NCBI GenBank assembly: GCA_025056895.1 | Contig: JANWVJ010000001.1 | Span: 9,632 to 73,631 of the forward strand | DNA: 64,000 nt | Direction of reading: 5' to 3' | Origin: Thermoflexales bacterium | GTDB taxonomy: Bacteria > Chloroflexota > Anaerolineae > J036 > Brachytrichaceae | Part shown: positions 1-10,213 of the stretch, piece by piece | Numbering within the stretch: position 1 is the first letter of the stretch | Layout: each line of letters begins with the position of its first letter | Translations under genes and position numbers: made by a program | Notes under the pieces: model-generated | The model's database searches: none | Seen by the model: the letters and a program-made list of their open reading frames with translations, nothing else | Told to the model about the DNA's origin: nothing

Positions 1-556
1 CGGTTTCGAGGGCACGCAACATACCCGGCGCGGGTTCTGCTTCCTCGCTGCCTTCGAAGAGGATAGCCTGTACGGCCGGCTGCCAGTGATGCTTGACAAA
101 GTATTCCTGGAATGGCAGCAGGCCAACTTCGGTTTCCACGACGGTGCGCACGCGGTCGTCGCTCATCGGCGTGACGCGCGGAGCAACGCCCAACCGCCGG
201 CACAGCTCGCGTGTGACGGCGCTGAGCGGTTGTCCATCTGCCAACATCTCGCTGCGCAAAAGATGCGTGGCCAGATCGCAATCGCCCAAGCGAAACCACG
301 GCGCAACCCCATAGCGTTCCAACATCTCGAAATTGCGCCACGTGTCACCCGCGATGCCCCAACCGGTGTCCGGGTTGGCAATCCCGGCCAGGGTGTACAT
401 CACCGTGTCCAAGTCCGGCGAGATATGCAAGCCATACAGCTCGAAATCATCGCCGGTATTGACAATCACCGTAAGCGATTCGGCGCCGATCGCGCGCGCC
501 AGTCCATCGGCGAATTTCGCGCCTCCGACACCACCTGCCAGTGCAACACAGTTCAT
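1..556 (-). CDS. cofD: 2-phospho-L-lactate transferase (coenzyme F420 biosynthesis), N-terminal part; gene runs off the window start
   Basis: Reverse-complement translation from the ATG at 556-554 gives MNCVALAGGVGGAKFADGLA..VIVNTGDDFELYGLHISPDLDTVMYTLAG..GWGIAGDTW..FRLGDCDLATHL. This matches CofD/FbiA N-terminal motifs. It is missing from the ORF track because there is no stop in the window. The listed + ORF 86..658 is its antisense shadow. Confidence 0.8.
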   Translation of the reverse strand, partial: MNCVALAGGVGGAKFADGLARAIGAESLTVIVNTGDDFELYGLHISPDLDTVMYTLAGIANPDTGWGIAGDTWRNFEMLERYGVAPWFRLGDCDLATHLLRSEMLADGQPLSAVTRELCRRLGVAPRVTPMSDDRVRTVVETEVGLLPFQEYFVKHHWQPAVQAILFEGSEEAEPAPGMLRALET

Positions 557-634
557 GATTTGATTGTCTGCGATTGGGAGCAACTCGGCAAGTTGAACCT
601 CAGGTCACACTTACACTGCAAGGGAGGGTTCGGT

Positions 635-643
635 TGCTACAAT
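635..643 (+). promoter_or_regulatory. Extended -10-like element TGcTACAAT upstream of rluE
   Basis: TGCTACAAT lies about 40 nt upstream of the rluE ATG in the cofD/rluE divergent spacer. It has the same TGcTA(G/C)AAT form as the element upstream of pyrB. I found no convincing -35. Confidence 0.3.
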
Positions 644-682
644 CGCGCTCATGCTTGATTTCATGCAGGCACAACCTTGATC

Positions 683-1366
683 ATGCTGCGCTATGTTGCC
701 CTGTTCAAGCCATACGGCGTGTTGTCGTCGTTTACGCATGAGGGTGTTTCTCCGACAGACGCCGGCAAGCGCACCCTGAGCGAATTTGGCTTGCCGCCGC
801 ATGTGTATGCCGCCGGCCGACTGGACTACGACAGCGAAGGCTTGCTCATCCTCAGCGACGACGGCCTGTTCATCCATCGCCTGACTGACCCGCGCTACAA
901 ATTGCCCAAGACGTACTGGGCGCAAGTGGAGGGCGAGCCAACCGAATCTCAACTGGCCCACCTGCGACATGGCGTGATTGTGCGCGGTTATCGCACCCGC
1001 CCTTGCCAAGCGCGCCTGTTGCTCGACGGCATCGCGCCGGCGCAATCCAACGGCCCATTCCCGCAGTTACCCTGGCCCATCCCAGCGCGCGACAAGCCGG
1101 TGACGCCGCACGGCCCCACTGCCTGGATCGAATTGATCTTAACCGAAGGCAAGAAGCGCCAAGTGCGCCACATGACGGCAGCGGTCGGCCTACCGACCGT
1201 GCGGCTGATTCGCGTCGCAATCGGGCCGCTCACCCTTCAAGGCTTGCAGCCGGGCCGGTGGCGCGATTTGTCTCTGGCCGAACGACAAGCGCTGATGGCA
1301 CATCAACGCACGACGAGCGGGAGGAAGAACAGGCGCATGGCCGGCGAGACCCACACCGCGCTTTGA
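683..1366 (+). CDS. rluE: 23S rRNA pseudouridine synthase, RluE/RsuA family
   Basis: LFKPYGVLSSF, AAGRLDYDSEGLLILSDDG, KTYWAQVEG and GKKRQVRHMTAAVGLPTVRLIRV match RluE along its length. The ORF track starts at TTG 677; ATG 683 is the more likely start. Confidence 0.8.
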   Translation: MLRYVALFKPYGVLSSFTHEGVSPTDAGKRTLSEFGLPPHVYAAGRLDYDSEGLLILSDDGLFIHRLTDPRYKLPKTYWAQVEGEPTESQLAHLRHGVIVRGYRTRPCQARLLLDGIAPAQSNGPFPQLPWPIPARDKPVTPHGPTAWIELILTEGKKRQVRHMTAAVGLPTVRLIRVAIGPLTLQGLQPGRWRDLSLAERQALMAHQRTTSGRKNRRMAGETHTAL

Positions 1367-4300
1367 GAGCGCATAGCGGCGCCATCGTCCGTTAAGACGG
1401 CGTGATAAAAATCGCGCTGCGGCGGGCTGAAGGCCGGCACGCTGACGCCATACGTCACGCTCACACTTGCGCCAGCAGCCAGCGGGCCGGTCCAGACGAT
1501 CCGATTGCGCGCCAGAGCGGTGCCGCCCACAAGCGGCGTTTGAACAGTGGGGGTGAGCAAGATCAAGCCGGTGGGAATGACAGCGGTCAGCGTAGCCGCC
1601 GGCGCAGCAAGCGCGCCGCTGTTCGTCAGCCGCGCTGTAAACGTGATCAGGCTCAACCAAGCCGGCGCGGCCGGCTGCATTTCCAGCGACGAAACGAGAT
1701 GCGGCGCCCCGCCGGGGCTGCCGACGCGCACCCCAGCCTGGCGCGTAAACCGGATGCCGGGCTGCTGGACGGCCACATGGAGGGTGGCCGTCACGTGTGA
1801 GCCGGCTGGCAGAGTCACGCCGGTCGTTGCCACGAACGTCCAGGTCAACGCCATGCCGGCTTGAAGCGACCCATTCCACTCGCCGGCGTAGTGTGGCGTC
1901 CAGTTTGGCAGTGTCGATGAGATGATCCACAAATCATCGCCCACCGGCGTCGAGATCGACACCGTAGGTGTGATCGTTAACGGCGAGGAAATCACCTCAT
2001 CGGCGCGCAAAACGAGCGTGAAGGTCACCGTTTCGCCGGCAGTGATCAGCGGAGCATGGGGCGTCAGAGATGAGCGGCCCAACCACGACAGCCAAGCGAC
2101 GATGCGATTCATCAGATCGGCGCGAACGGTCTCTGTCAACGCCTCGAAGGCGAAGGGCAAGAACACCGCGCGGGCAGGCGGGGCATGGCCGGGTCGGGTT
2201 TTCTCGCGCGCGAGGGCAGCCGGCTGGCCGCTGTCGCCGCGCAGGATGACCTGCGTGCCGCTCAGGGGCTGTAGCGAGGTGCTCAGGTTCCAGAAATACG
2301 GAAACCGGCCGAAGCTGTCGAGCAAACTGCCGCCGTCGAAGCCCTCGCCAATGGCAGTCGTCGGCGCGCCCACAACGTTCGAGAAGGTGTCTTCGTAGTC
2401 AATCGCAGCTACGCCTAGGTCATTGCGGGTGAAATCGCTCAACTGCGTATAAAACAACGCGGCCTGCGAGGAGAACAACAAACGCCCGCCGCCGTCGAGA
2501 TAATCCTGTAACGCACGCTCTTCTTGGGGTCGAATCGGATCAAACCAATCGTAGCCGTTAAACCACACGACAAGCGGATACATGCGTAACGTCGTGATCG
2601 GCGGGGAGTTGGTTAAGCCGCTCCCCCAGCGCGTATCCCAGCGATCGGCAATGTTACTCTGCGCCATCAGGGCGTTCAGGTAGTCCTGTTCACGGTTGTA
2701 GAAGCGATCGTCGTCCACCAGCAGAATGCCGGCTGGCGTCTTGCTCGTGAACGAGAGGGCCGATTGGATGGCGGGCGACACCAGCGGCCAAGCCGTCACC
2801 GTCACCTCGTTGGACGCATTCCATGCAGTGGACAGCGGAATCGTCACACTGATCACTACCAGCGCCGAGCCGCACGGAGCCAGGGTTACAGTCGGACTCA
2901 GGAGCGCAGCCGGCCAACTCTGGCTGGTGAGAGAAAGCGCGAAGGTCTGCGTCACACCGGCTTCGCCGGTGTTGCGGAGGCGCACCAGATGGGTGACCAC
3001 TTGACCGGGCAGGCCGATGGCCGGGCCGGTCAAGTAGGCGTCGCGTGAAACCGTCTCCACGCCGAGCGTCGGGCGCAGCGCAGCAAAGCCATCCAGCACG
3101 CGCTTCATCGTGTCGGCGCGAGCAGCGGCGCTGTTGATCGCCTCGAAACCGAAGGCGAAATAAGCCGCTTTGTAGTTCAGACACTGCGCAGCGTAAACGC
3201 CCGCTGCGTTCGGGTCATTGGGGTCGGCAGTGTACTGTCCCAGCGGACGACCTTGATCGAGATTGAGCGGGCGCACTACATCCACTAAGTACTGATTGTC
3301 TGCCCCATCGCCGCCGGCAATCGTCAAGACTGCGCCTGCCAGCAACGAGCCGGCAGAGCCAGTGACCACCCGCGACGGCGCATCATCGGCCAGATAAGCT
3401 GCTTTCAACTTGGAAAAGTACGGATGGAACCCAAAGCCGCCGCCGTCGTAAAAGGCAACGTCTTGGCCGCTCAACATCAGATTGCGTCCGGCGGACAGAT
3501 AACGAGAGACTACATCACCGGCTCCGATGTATGCCGGCGAATCAAACGGCGCCGACCAGATGATCGTGTCATAGGCCAACAGGCGCGTGATCGTCGGCGT
3601 GTCGGCCGGCACCTGCTTGACGCGCAGCACGTCATACGGCAAACCGAGATCATCCAACGCGCGGCGGTAGTAATCGGCTGCGCTGGCGTAATACCACGCC
3701 CCGCTATCCACCAGCCCAATGCGCTGGGTGCGCGTCAACCCAAAGTTCAGCTCGCTGATGCTGCCATCTGAAACAACCACCGTGCGCGTTTGTACGCCAT
3801 AGCCCAACAGGCGCGCTTCGACGGTGTACACCCCGGCCGGCAGATTCAGAGCATAGTAGCGCGCCGGAGAGCCACCGTTGGCAAGCGACGATTCAGGCGT
3901 GCCCAGCGCGCGCACGACGGTGGTTGTGAGATACGCGCCGCTGACTACATCGGTCACCACGCCGCGCACAATTCCCGACGGCAGGGCGCTCAGGGTGAAG
4001 TGGATCACCGTCGCGCTGTGGGTGAGGACCAGGCGCGGGGTTGATGTGGCCGGCTGGTAGCCGAATGCAGCGACGCTGACGGTGTAGATTCCAAACGGAG
4101 CCGGAATCGAGTATCGTCCATCTGCATCGGTGAGCGTGGTCAATTCTTGAGCGCCGGCGCGCGCCGTGACCAACGCCCCGCTGATCGGTTGTACGATGTC
4201 CAAGACGTGACCCGTGATCACGCCGGTCTGGATCACCGACAAGACGGCGCGATAGGCATCCAAGCGCCCCCAGCCGCTGAGGTTGTTGGGCAGCGTGGTG

Positions 4301-5805
4301 GAGAGCGGCACAGCCGTGGCGGTGAGCACACGGGTGACGCTGAGCGCCGTTAAGGCAGGGTTGGCGCTGAGCACAAGCGCGGCCACGCCGGCGACATGCG
4401 GCGTGGCCATCGATGTGCCGCTGGCGGTTGCATACACACCACCGGGGAACGTGGAGACCACCTCCACCCCCGGCGCAACCATATCCGGACGCGTTGGACC
4501 TAGCGGTGACGGGCCTCGGCTGGAGAAGTAGGCCACCTCATCATCTGGGTCAGAAGCGCCCACGCCGAACGCGCCCGGCAAACTGGCCGGCGAGCCGACC
4601 GTGCCCCAGCCTGGCCCTCTGTTGCCGTTGGCAAACACCACCACGATGCCGGCCGCGCGCAGCGCAGCAATGTCGGCTGCAAACTCGGTGTCCAATCCGT
4701 TGTCGCTGCCCCACGAGTTGCTCAACACGTCCGGCGCATAAGCCGGGTCGCCGCCAGGCGCCAACATGAACTCGAAAGCAGCGTGCAGCCAACTGTACAA
4801 GCCATAGCCCGCCCCGTTGAGACCCTTGGCAGCCATCCAGCGCGCCCCAGGCGCAACGCCGATGCCGTTTTGTCCGACGATGGTGCCCACGGTGTGAGTG
4901 CCATGACCGTGCATGTCGGTTGGGTAAGCGGCTGCTTCGTTCGTCGCATCAAACCAGTTGTGCAGATGGTCGGCCATCGGCCCACCGGCCCAACCGCGAT
5001 AGCGCGAGCGCAGCGCCGGATGATTCCAGTCCACACCGGTGTCGATATTGGCCACCACAACGCCGGTTCCGGTGATGTTCAAGCCGCGCCACACCCGATC
5101 GGCGCCGATTTGAGCGATGCCCCACGTCGTCTCTCCAAGCCCAGGCGGACTACTCATCACCAGGCCGCCCAACGTGGCGCTGACCGGCGATCGAGCGAGC
5201 GGAAGAGTCGAAGAAAGCGGGAGCAGAAGAGGCGGGGAGATCGGGAGACCCGGCGCAGGCAGGGCAATCCATTGTCGCCATTCATCCAGTGCGATGGAGG
5301 CCACATCCTCACGCTTGGCAATTGCCTTAATGACTTCTGGCGTAGCGCGCAGAGCGATGCCGTTGAAAATCCAGAATGAGCGCTTCTCGGCGACCTGCGC
5401 GGCAATCTCCGGGCGAGCGAGAAAGCCGTGCAGGCTGGCCTGCGATTCGGCGGCAAGCTGTTGTAAAGTGCGCGCCAACGTGCGCCGGCGCTCAATCTGT
5501 ACTTCGCGCGGCAAGGCATCAGGCGCCTCCGACCCGCCCAGCACGCTCGCTCGTACAGAAGGCCGGCTGTCATGCAATCGGACGATCACGCGCAAGTGAG
5601 CGCCGGGCAGGGCCGACTCTAGCGCCCGCTGCAACGCCGGCGACAGAGAAACCAAGCGATCGGTTAGTACGGGATGAGCGCGAGGCAGTGAAACTGCCGA
5701 CGGGACAAACTGCTTCAGCCCAGGAGAGGTCAAAGCGCCAGACGGCGCAGGAAAACCCATCCCACACACAGCCACCAGCAAAACAACGCGCAGCACATAC
5801 TTCAT
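1303..5805 (-). CDS. Secreted multidomain subtilisin-like serine protease (peptidase S8) with a large C-terminal extension
   Basis: Signal peptide MKYVLRVVLLVAVCGMGF. Catalytic triad motifs NIDTGVDWNHP, HGHGTHTVGT and SGTSMATPHVAG. Two CarboxypepD_reg-like beta-sandwich patterns (DADGRYSIPAPFGIYTVSVAAFGY; YYALNLPAGVYTVEARLLGYG). These are followed by about 900 aa containing two related modules. ATG at 5805 is preferred over GTG at 5817. Confidence 0.85.
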   Translation of the reverse strand: MKYVLRVVLLVAVCGMGFPAPSGALTSPGLKQFVPSAVSLPRAHPVLTDRLVSLSPALQRALESALPGAHLRVIVRLHDSRPSVRASVLGGSEAPDALPREVQIERRRTLARTLQQLAAESQASLHGFLARPEIAAQVAEKRSFWIFNGIALRATPEVIKAIAKREDVASIALDEWRQWIALPAPGLPISPPLLLPLSSTLPLARSPVSATLGGLVMSSPPGLGETTWGIAQIGADRVWRGLNITGTGVVVANIDTGVDWNHPALRSRYRGWAGGPMADHLHNWFDATNEAAAYPTDMHGHGTHTVGTIVGQNGIGVAPGARWMAAKGLNGAGYGLYSWLHAAFEFMLAPGGDPAYAPDVLSNSWGSDNGLDTEFAADIAALRAAGIVVVFANGNRGPGWGTVGSPASLPGAFGVGASDPDDEVAYFSSRGPSPLGPTRPDMVAPGVEVVSTFPGGVYATASGTSMATPHVAGVAALVLSANPALTALSVTRVLTATAVPLSTTLPNNLSGWGRLDAYRAVLSVIQTGVITGHVLDIVQPISGALVTARAGAQELTTLTDADGRYSIPAPFGIYTVSVAAFGYQPATSTPRLVLTHSATVIHFTLSALPSGIVRGVVTDVVSGAYLTTTVVRALGTPESSLANGGSPARYYALNLPAGVYTVEARLLGYGVQTRTVVVSDGSISELNFGLTRTQRIGLVDSGAWYYASAADYYRRALDDLGLPYDVLRVKQVPADTPTITRLLAYDTIIWSAPFDSPAYIGAGDVVSRYLSAGRNLMLSGQDVAFYDGGGFGFHPYFSKLKAAYLADDAPSRVVTGSAGSLLAGAVLTIAGGDGADNQYLVDVVRPLNLDQGRPLGQYTADPNDPNAAGVYAAQCLNYKAAYFAFGFEAINSAAARADTMKRVLDGFAALRPTLGVETVSRDAYLTGPAIGLPGQVVTHLVRLRNTGEAGVTQTFALSLTSQSWPAALLSPTVTLAPCGSALVVISVTIPLSTAWNASNEVTVTAWPLVSPAIQSALSFTSKTPAGILLVDDDRFYNREQDYLNALMAQSNIADRWDTRWGSGLTNSPPITTLRMYPLVVWFNGYDWFDPIRPQEERALQDYLDGGGRLLFSSQAALFYTQLSDFTRNDLGVAAIDYEDTFSNVVGAPTTAIGEGFDGGSLLDSFGRFPYFWNLSTSLQPLSGTQVILRGDSGQPAALAREKTRPGHAPPARAVFLPFAFEALTETVRADLMNRIVAWLSWLGRSSLTPHAPLITAGETVTFTLVLRADEVISSPLTITPTVSISTPVGDDLWIISSTLPNWTPHYAGEWNGSLQAGMALTWTFVATTGVTLPAGSHVTATLHVAVQQPGIRFTRQAGVRVGSPGGAPHLVSSLEMQPAAPAWLSLITFTARLTNSGALAAPAATLTAVIPTGLILLTPTVQTPLVGGTALARNRIVWTGPLAAGASVSVTYGVSVPAFSPPQRDFYHAVLTDDGAAMRSQSAVWVSPAMRLFFLPLVVR

Positions 5806-5841
5806 ACGACACCACACACAAAAGTGCTTTAGTTTCGGGTT

Positions 5842-6960
5842 CTAGAAAGTCGATTGCGGGGCGGAGATACGCGCGATAGCCCAGGCAGCATGTTCGCGCA
5901 CAAGAGGTTCTTCGTCGTCCAATAGCGCGCGCAGCGCCGGCAGTGCTTGTGGGCTGCCCCAGTTGCCGGCGGCCACGCACGCATTGCGCAGCAACCCGCG
6001 CCGCTTGGCCCGCAATACAGCCGTGCCTTTGAAGCGCGCGTGAAAAGTGGCGCGGTCCCACCTCAGCACGTCTAGTAACAGCGGGGCCATGCGCCATTCT
6101 TCTAGCGGGTAAAACGCCGGCTGGCGCGTCGGGCGCGCATACTGCCGCACATACGGGCACACCTCCTGGCAGACATCGCAGCCGAAAATCCAGTTGCCCA
6201 TCTGCGGGCGCAACTCAAGCGGAATGCTGCCTTTTAGTTCAATCGTGAGATAGGAGATGCAGCGGCGCGCATCCAGCACAAACGGCTGCGGAAATGCATT
6301 GGTCGGGCACGCCGTAAGACAGCGTGAACAGGCGCCACATCCGCACTTCGCCTTGCGACTTCGTAAGTCAGGTGTTGGGCGAACGCCGGGCAGCGCATTG
6401 TCGGCCTGGAAATCACGCTCCTCGATGATTTCAACGGGAGACAAGATGGCGCCGAGGAAGAAATACGATCCGCGCGTGCGATGAATCAAACAGGTATTCT
6501 TACCGATAAAGCCCAACCCGCACTGCTCGGCCCAGGCGCGTTCGATGACTGGGCCGGTGTCTACGTAAGCTCTTGATTCAAGCGCTACAAACTCACCCAG
6601 CCGGCGCAGACGAGGAATCAGGATGTCGTGATAGTCTGCACCCCAAGCGTAACGCGCAATTCGGCCACGCGCCGGATCGGTCAACAACTCAGCCGGCGGG
6701 GATAGGGTGTCGTAGCTGACTCCAACCAGAACGATGCTGCGCGCGCCAGGCAATACAAGACGCGGATCGACGCGCTTGTCGGCGCTGCGCTCCAGATAGA
6801 CCATTTCGCCGGCATAGCCGGCGCGCAACCAATTGAGAAAGCGTTCTGCACCCGGCGTCTGACCTGCCGGCGCGAAGCCAATCAGATCAAACCCAAGCTC
6901 CAGAGCGCGTTCTGCAACCAGCCGGCTTGTTAACATGCGCGGTGTGTGCGCCCGTCTCAC
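5842..6960 (-). CDS. queG: tRNA epoxyqueuosine(34) reductase
   Basis: 4Fe-4S motifs CGCGACSRCLTACPTNAF and CDVCQEVCP. HEAT-like C-terminus LLDDEEPLVREHAAWAI. N-terminal LGFDLIGFAP. The start may be the internal Met at 6936. Confidence 0.85.
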   Translation of the reverse strand: MRRAHTPRMLTSRLVAERALELGFDLIGFAPAGQTPGAERFLNWLRAGYAGEMVYLERSADKRVDPRLVLPGARSIVLVGVSYDTLSPPAELLTDPARGRIARYAWGADYHDILIPRLRRLGEFVALESRAYVDTGPVIERAWAEQCGLGFIGKNTCLIHRTRGSYFFLGAILSPVEIIEERDFQADNALPGVRPTPDLRSRKAKCGCGACSRCLTACPTNAFPQPFVLDARRCISYLTIELKGSIPLELRPQMGNWIFGCDVCQEVCPYVRQYARPTRQPAFYPLEEWRMAPLLLDVLRWDRATFHARFKGTAVLRAKRRGLLRNACVAAGNWGSPQALPALRALLDDEEPLVREHAAWAIARISAPQSTF

Positions 6961-6981
6961 AGATTGGTGTCCGGCGCGCTC

Positions 6982-7806
6982 CTACTTTACCTCAAAGTTG
7001 GCGACGAACTGCAACTCGTCCTCTAAGAACACACGTACTTCGTACAAGCCAACATCGAAACCGCGCGCTGGCGCCCACTCGATGAAGGCGTTGCCGCTGC
7101 CGCTGCGTTCCCAAGGAAAAGATTCGAAGAACACGCTGCCCCCGTTTCGGAACCAGTTGTGTCGCAACCGTTGACCGACAGGCACGTTCTGGAAGTCGAA
7201 GAAGATGTAGATCGATGGAATGCCTGCCTGAAACTCTGAAGAGGGATTGATCGGCAAGCCGGATGCATCCGCGCCGCCGGCAATCGCACGCAACATCAGA
7301 TGTTTGCCTTCAACAGGCGGCGCGGTCGTATCCGTGTGCGATGAGGCAGCCGTTGCGCTCTCCTCAACCGTTGTTTGAGTCGGTATTGGAGTCGGTAAGG
7401 GAGGGGGTGACGGTGGCGCATCGGTTGGGCGGCCCTCGATAGAGGGAGCCGTCTGAGAAGCCGAAACTGGCTTAGGCAACGAGTTCATCGTGGGCGACGG
7501 TTGAGGGGTAGAGAAGGTCACCGTGGTCAGAACAGCAGCGGTCATGTCCGAGCGCGCAGTCAGGGCGTTCTCCGGCAGCGGTTGCGGCATAATCTGCGCG
7601 ACGATGAATACGCCGGCAGCAATCAAAAACAGCCCGATCGACCAGAGCAATTGTTGGTTAGCGGTATTCTGGGCATGACGGCGTGTCACGTAATACGCAG
7701 CGCGTTGCGCGTGGCGTGCTTTGCGAATGGCGGCCATTAACACAATCACTGCCAAGGCGGCGATGACAATAGCGATTCCACTCAGGCTGTCGCGCGGCGT
7801 AATCAC
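6982..7806 (-). CDS. Hypothetical membrane protein: two TM helices, a Pro/Thr/Ser-rich linker and a C-terminal globular domain
   Basis: Hydrophobic segments GIAIVIAALAVIVLMAAI and LLWSIGLFLIAAGVFIVAQI. Low-complexity PPSPPPLPTPIPTQT linker. I recognised no family. Confidence 0.5.
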   Translation of the reverse strand: MITPRDSLSGIAIVIAALAVIVLMAAIRKARHAQRAAYYVTRRHAQNTANQQLLWSIGLFLIAAGVFIVAQIMPQPLPENALTARSDMTAAVLTTVTFSTPQPSPTMNSLPKPVSASQTAPSIEGRPTDAPPSPPPLPTPIPTQTTVEESATAASSHTDTTAPPVEGKHLMLRAIAGGADASGLPINPSSEFQAGIPSIYIFFDFQNVPVGQRLRHNWFRNGGSVFFESFPWERSGSGNAFIEWAPARGFDVGLYEVRVFLEDELQFVANFEVK

Positions 7807-7921
7807 GCGAAGAATTATACGGTTGGCCGGTATTCACGACTCAACTATACGGAATGTCTTACTATCACACAGGTCGTGCTTCGCTCGTAAGAGATGAAAG
7901 CCCGGAACGACGCACTAGCCG

Positions 7922-9379
7922 ATGATTGAGCGCTTGCAGCAATTTTTCGCCGCCAATGACAGCCTGGTGCAGTTTGCACACGGGCAAGTTTTCTTTGTTC
8001 TGGGGGTGGCGATGTGGTTGCAGTGGCGTCAGCGCAGCCAACTCGAGCTGGCACGAGCACTGCCCTGGCTGGCTGCCTTCGGCATCTTAGAAGCCTTTTC
8101 AGTTTGGGCGAATGTGTTTGTGCCGATGCAGGCGCGCTTGCTCTCGTCAGACGCTATCGAAGTGCTGCGGTTTCTGCAATTACTGCTCACGCTGGCGACG
8201 TTTGCAGCATTGCTTGGGTTTGGCCTAAAGCTGAGTGAGCCATCGCTGCCGCCCTGGTCGGCCTGGTATGTGCCGTTGCTGCTGTGGCTTAGTGTCGCAA
8301 TCGTGCTGCTGATTCAACGTGTGGCAGCCGGTGAACCCGGCGTGGTGCGCAACGCGACCAATGAGGCTTTTCTGCGCTACTCAATTTGCACGCCGGCGGC
8401 GCTCTTAGCAGCGTTTGGGTTGCGGCAACAAGCCGGACGGCTGGTTGGGCCACTGAACATTGAGCGGATCGTGCGCGCGTTGCGCGTGGCCGGCATCGGA
8501 TTTGTGCTGTATGCCCTGTTAGAGGGCGTGCTGGTTCCGGTGGCACCCTTCTTCCCCGCCAACGTATTCAATGAGATGGCGCTCTATCGCACTACCGGCG
8601 TGCCGGCAGGGGTGCCGCGCACGATAGCCGGGGCGGTGATCGCGTGGTCTTTTCTGCGCGCGTTGGAAGTCTTTCGCGTAGAAGTCGAGCGCGTGGCGCA
8701 AGCCTTGCAGCGCGAGCAGTCGCTCAACGCCGAACGTGAGCGCATTAGCCGTGAGTTGCACGACGGCACGATTCAATCGATCTACGCCGCCGGCCTAGCG
8801 CTGGACGACGCGCACCATTCGCTTCAGTCTCTATGCACACCGCCTGATCAATTAGCGCCCGAAGACGCAGCGGCAATTGCGAATGCGCGCAGCCAAGTGC
8901 GGCTGGTCATGGACGCCCTCAATCGCACCGTGCAAGACATTCGCCGCTATATCTACGATCTGCGCTCGGCAGGCGCCGAAGAAGACCTTGCACGGGGGTT
9001 GGTGCAGATCGTTAACGAATGGCGCATGCGCAGCCGTCTGCCGATTGAATGGTCGGTTGAGGGACATCCGCTGCGCCAACTGACCACCGAACAGCGCCAG
9101 CACATTTATCAAATTGTGCGCGAAGCGTTGAGCAACATCGTTCGTCATTCAGGCGCCACGCGGGCGCGGGTCGAACTGCGCTATGGACAATGCGGAGATG
9201 GTCAAGCAGACCTGTGTTTGCAAATCAGCGATAATGGAAATGGCCGGGCGCTGATCAGCGAGCGTCAGGGATATGGCTTGCGTAACATGCGTGAGCGCGC
9301 GCGCTTGTTGGGCGCGCGCCTCACCATCGAGAGCACACCCGGCGTAGGAACAGTGGTCACCTTACAAGTTGGGAATTGA
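7922..9379 (+). CDS. Membrane sensor histidine kinase, NarL/LiaS type (HisKA_3)
   Basis: Polytopic N-terminus. H-box [19 protein letters not shown]. HATPase motifs [13 protein letters not shown] and [28 protein letters not shown]. Its 3' end overlaps the downstream response regulator start. Confidence 0.85.
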   Translation: MIERLQQFFAANDSLVQFAHGQVFFVLGVAMWLQWRQRSQLELARALPWLAAFGILEAFSVWANVFVPMQARLLSSDAIEVLRFLQLLLTLATFAALLGFGLKLSEPSLPPWSAWYVPLLLWLSVAIVLLIQRVAAGEPGVVRNATNEAFLRYSICTPAALLAAFGLRQQAGRLVGPLNIERIVRALRVAGIGFVLYALLEGVLVPVAPFFPANVFNEMALYRTTGVPAGVPRTIAGAVIAWSFLRALEVFRVEVERVAQALQREQSLNAERERISRELHDGTIQSIYAAGLALDDAHHSLQSLCTPPDQLAPEDAAAIANARSQVRLVMDALNRTVQDIRRYIYDLRSAGAEEDLARGLVQIVNEWRMRSRLPIEWSVEGHPLRQLTTEQRQHIYQIVREALSNIVRHSGATRARVELRYGQCGDGQADLCLQISDNGNGRALISERQGYGLRNMRERARLLGARLTIESTPGVGTVVTLQVGN

Positions 9380-10038
9380 GAGACGTGGGCAAGCTTAGAC
9401 TGATTTTGGTGGACGATCATGAGGTGGTGCGGATCGGCTTGCGCACCCTGCTCAGCCGCAACCCGGATTTGGAGATCGTCGATGAGGCATCTGCCGGCCA
9501 GGAGGCCGTGCGCAAAGCACTGATGCATCGCCCGGATATCGTGGTGATGGATGTGCGGCTGGCCGGCATGAGCGGCATCGAAGCCTGTCGTGAAATCACT
9601 CAGGCCGCCCCCTCGATCAAGGTCATCATTCTGACTTCGTACGGCGACGATGACACCCTGTTCGAGGCAATCGCTGCCGGCGCGTCGGGTTACGTGCTCA
9701 CGCAAATCGGCAGCACCGATCTCCTCAACGCCATGGAGGCGGTCGGGCGCGGCGACGCCGCGCTCGACCCAACGACAACCTCGCGCGTGTTTGCCCGGAT
9801 GCGCGAAGAAGCGCGGCGCAAAGAAGAAAGCGCCTTTTCCGAGCTGACCGAGCAGGAGTTGCGCGTGCTCTCTTACCTGGCCGAAGGGCGCACCAATCGC
9901 GAAATTGCCGATGCGCTCTCGCTGGGCGAAGGCACCGTGCGCAACTACGTCAGCTCCATCTTCTCTAAACTGCACGTGAACAACCGCGCCGAGGCAGCCG
10001 CCTACGCTGCTGCACACAACATTCGAGACTATCTGTGA
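9376..10038 (+). CDS. Response regulator, NarL/LuxR family
   Basis: Receiver motifs [22 protein letters not shown] and KVIILTS. Lux[47 protein letters not shown]. The true start may be GTG at 9385. Confidence 0.9.
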   Translation: MRDVGKLRLILVDDHEVVRIGLRTLLSRNPDLEIVDEASAGQEAVRKALMHRPDIVVMDVRLAGMSGIEACREITQAAPSIKVIILTSYGDDDTLFEAIAAGASGYVLTQIGSTDLLNAMEAVGRGDAALDPTTTSRVFARMREEARRKEESAFSELTEQELRVLSYLAEGRTNREIADALSLGEGTVRNYVSSIFSKLHVNNRAEAAAYAAAHNIRDYL

Positions 10039-10213
10039 TCCTAATCCGTGGGCGGCGCACTGCGGCAGTTGGCCGGCGCAGCCAGAGCGATCCTCCTGTG
10101 CCGCTGGCCGGCGCAGACCGTAAACAGAACTCGGCCTGTGCAGTCCTCGCTGCGGCGTCGGCTAAACAATAACCCGGCGCCAGAACACGACTCGCTCACG
10201 CTAGAATGCGGCC

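Noticed and set aside
86-658. 190-aa plus-strand ORF from the ORF track
   Set aside because: It is the antisense shadow of cofD. Its composition is Arg/Ala/His-rich, it has no motifs, and it sits entirely within a well-supported minus-strand gene.
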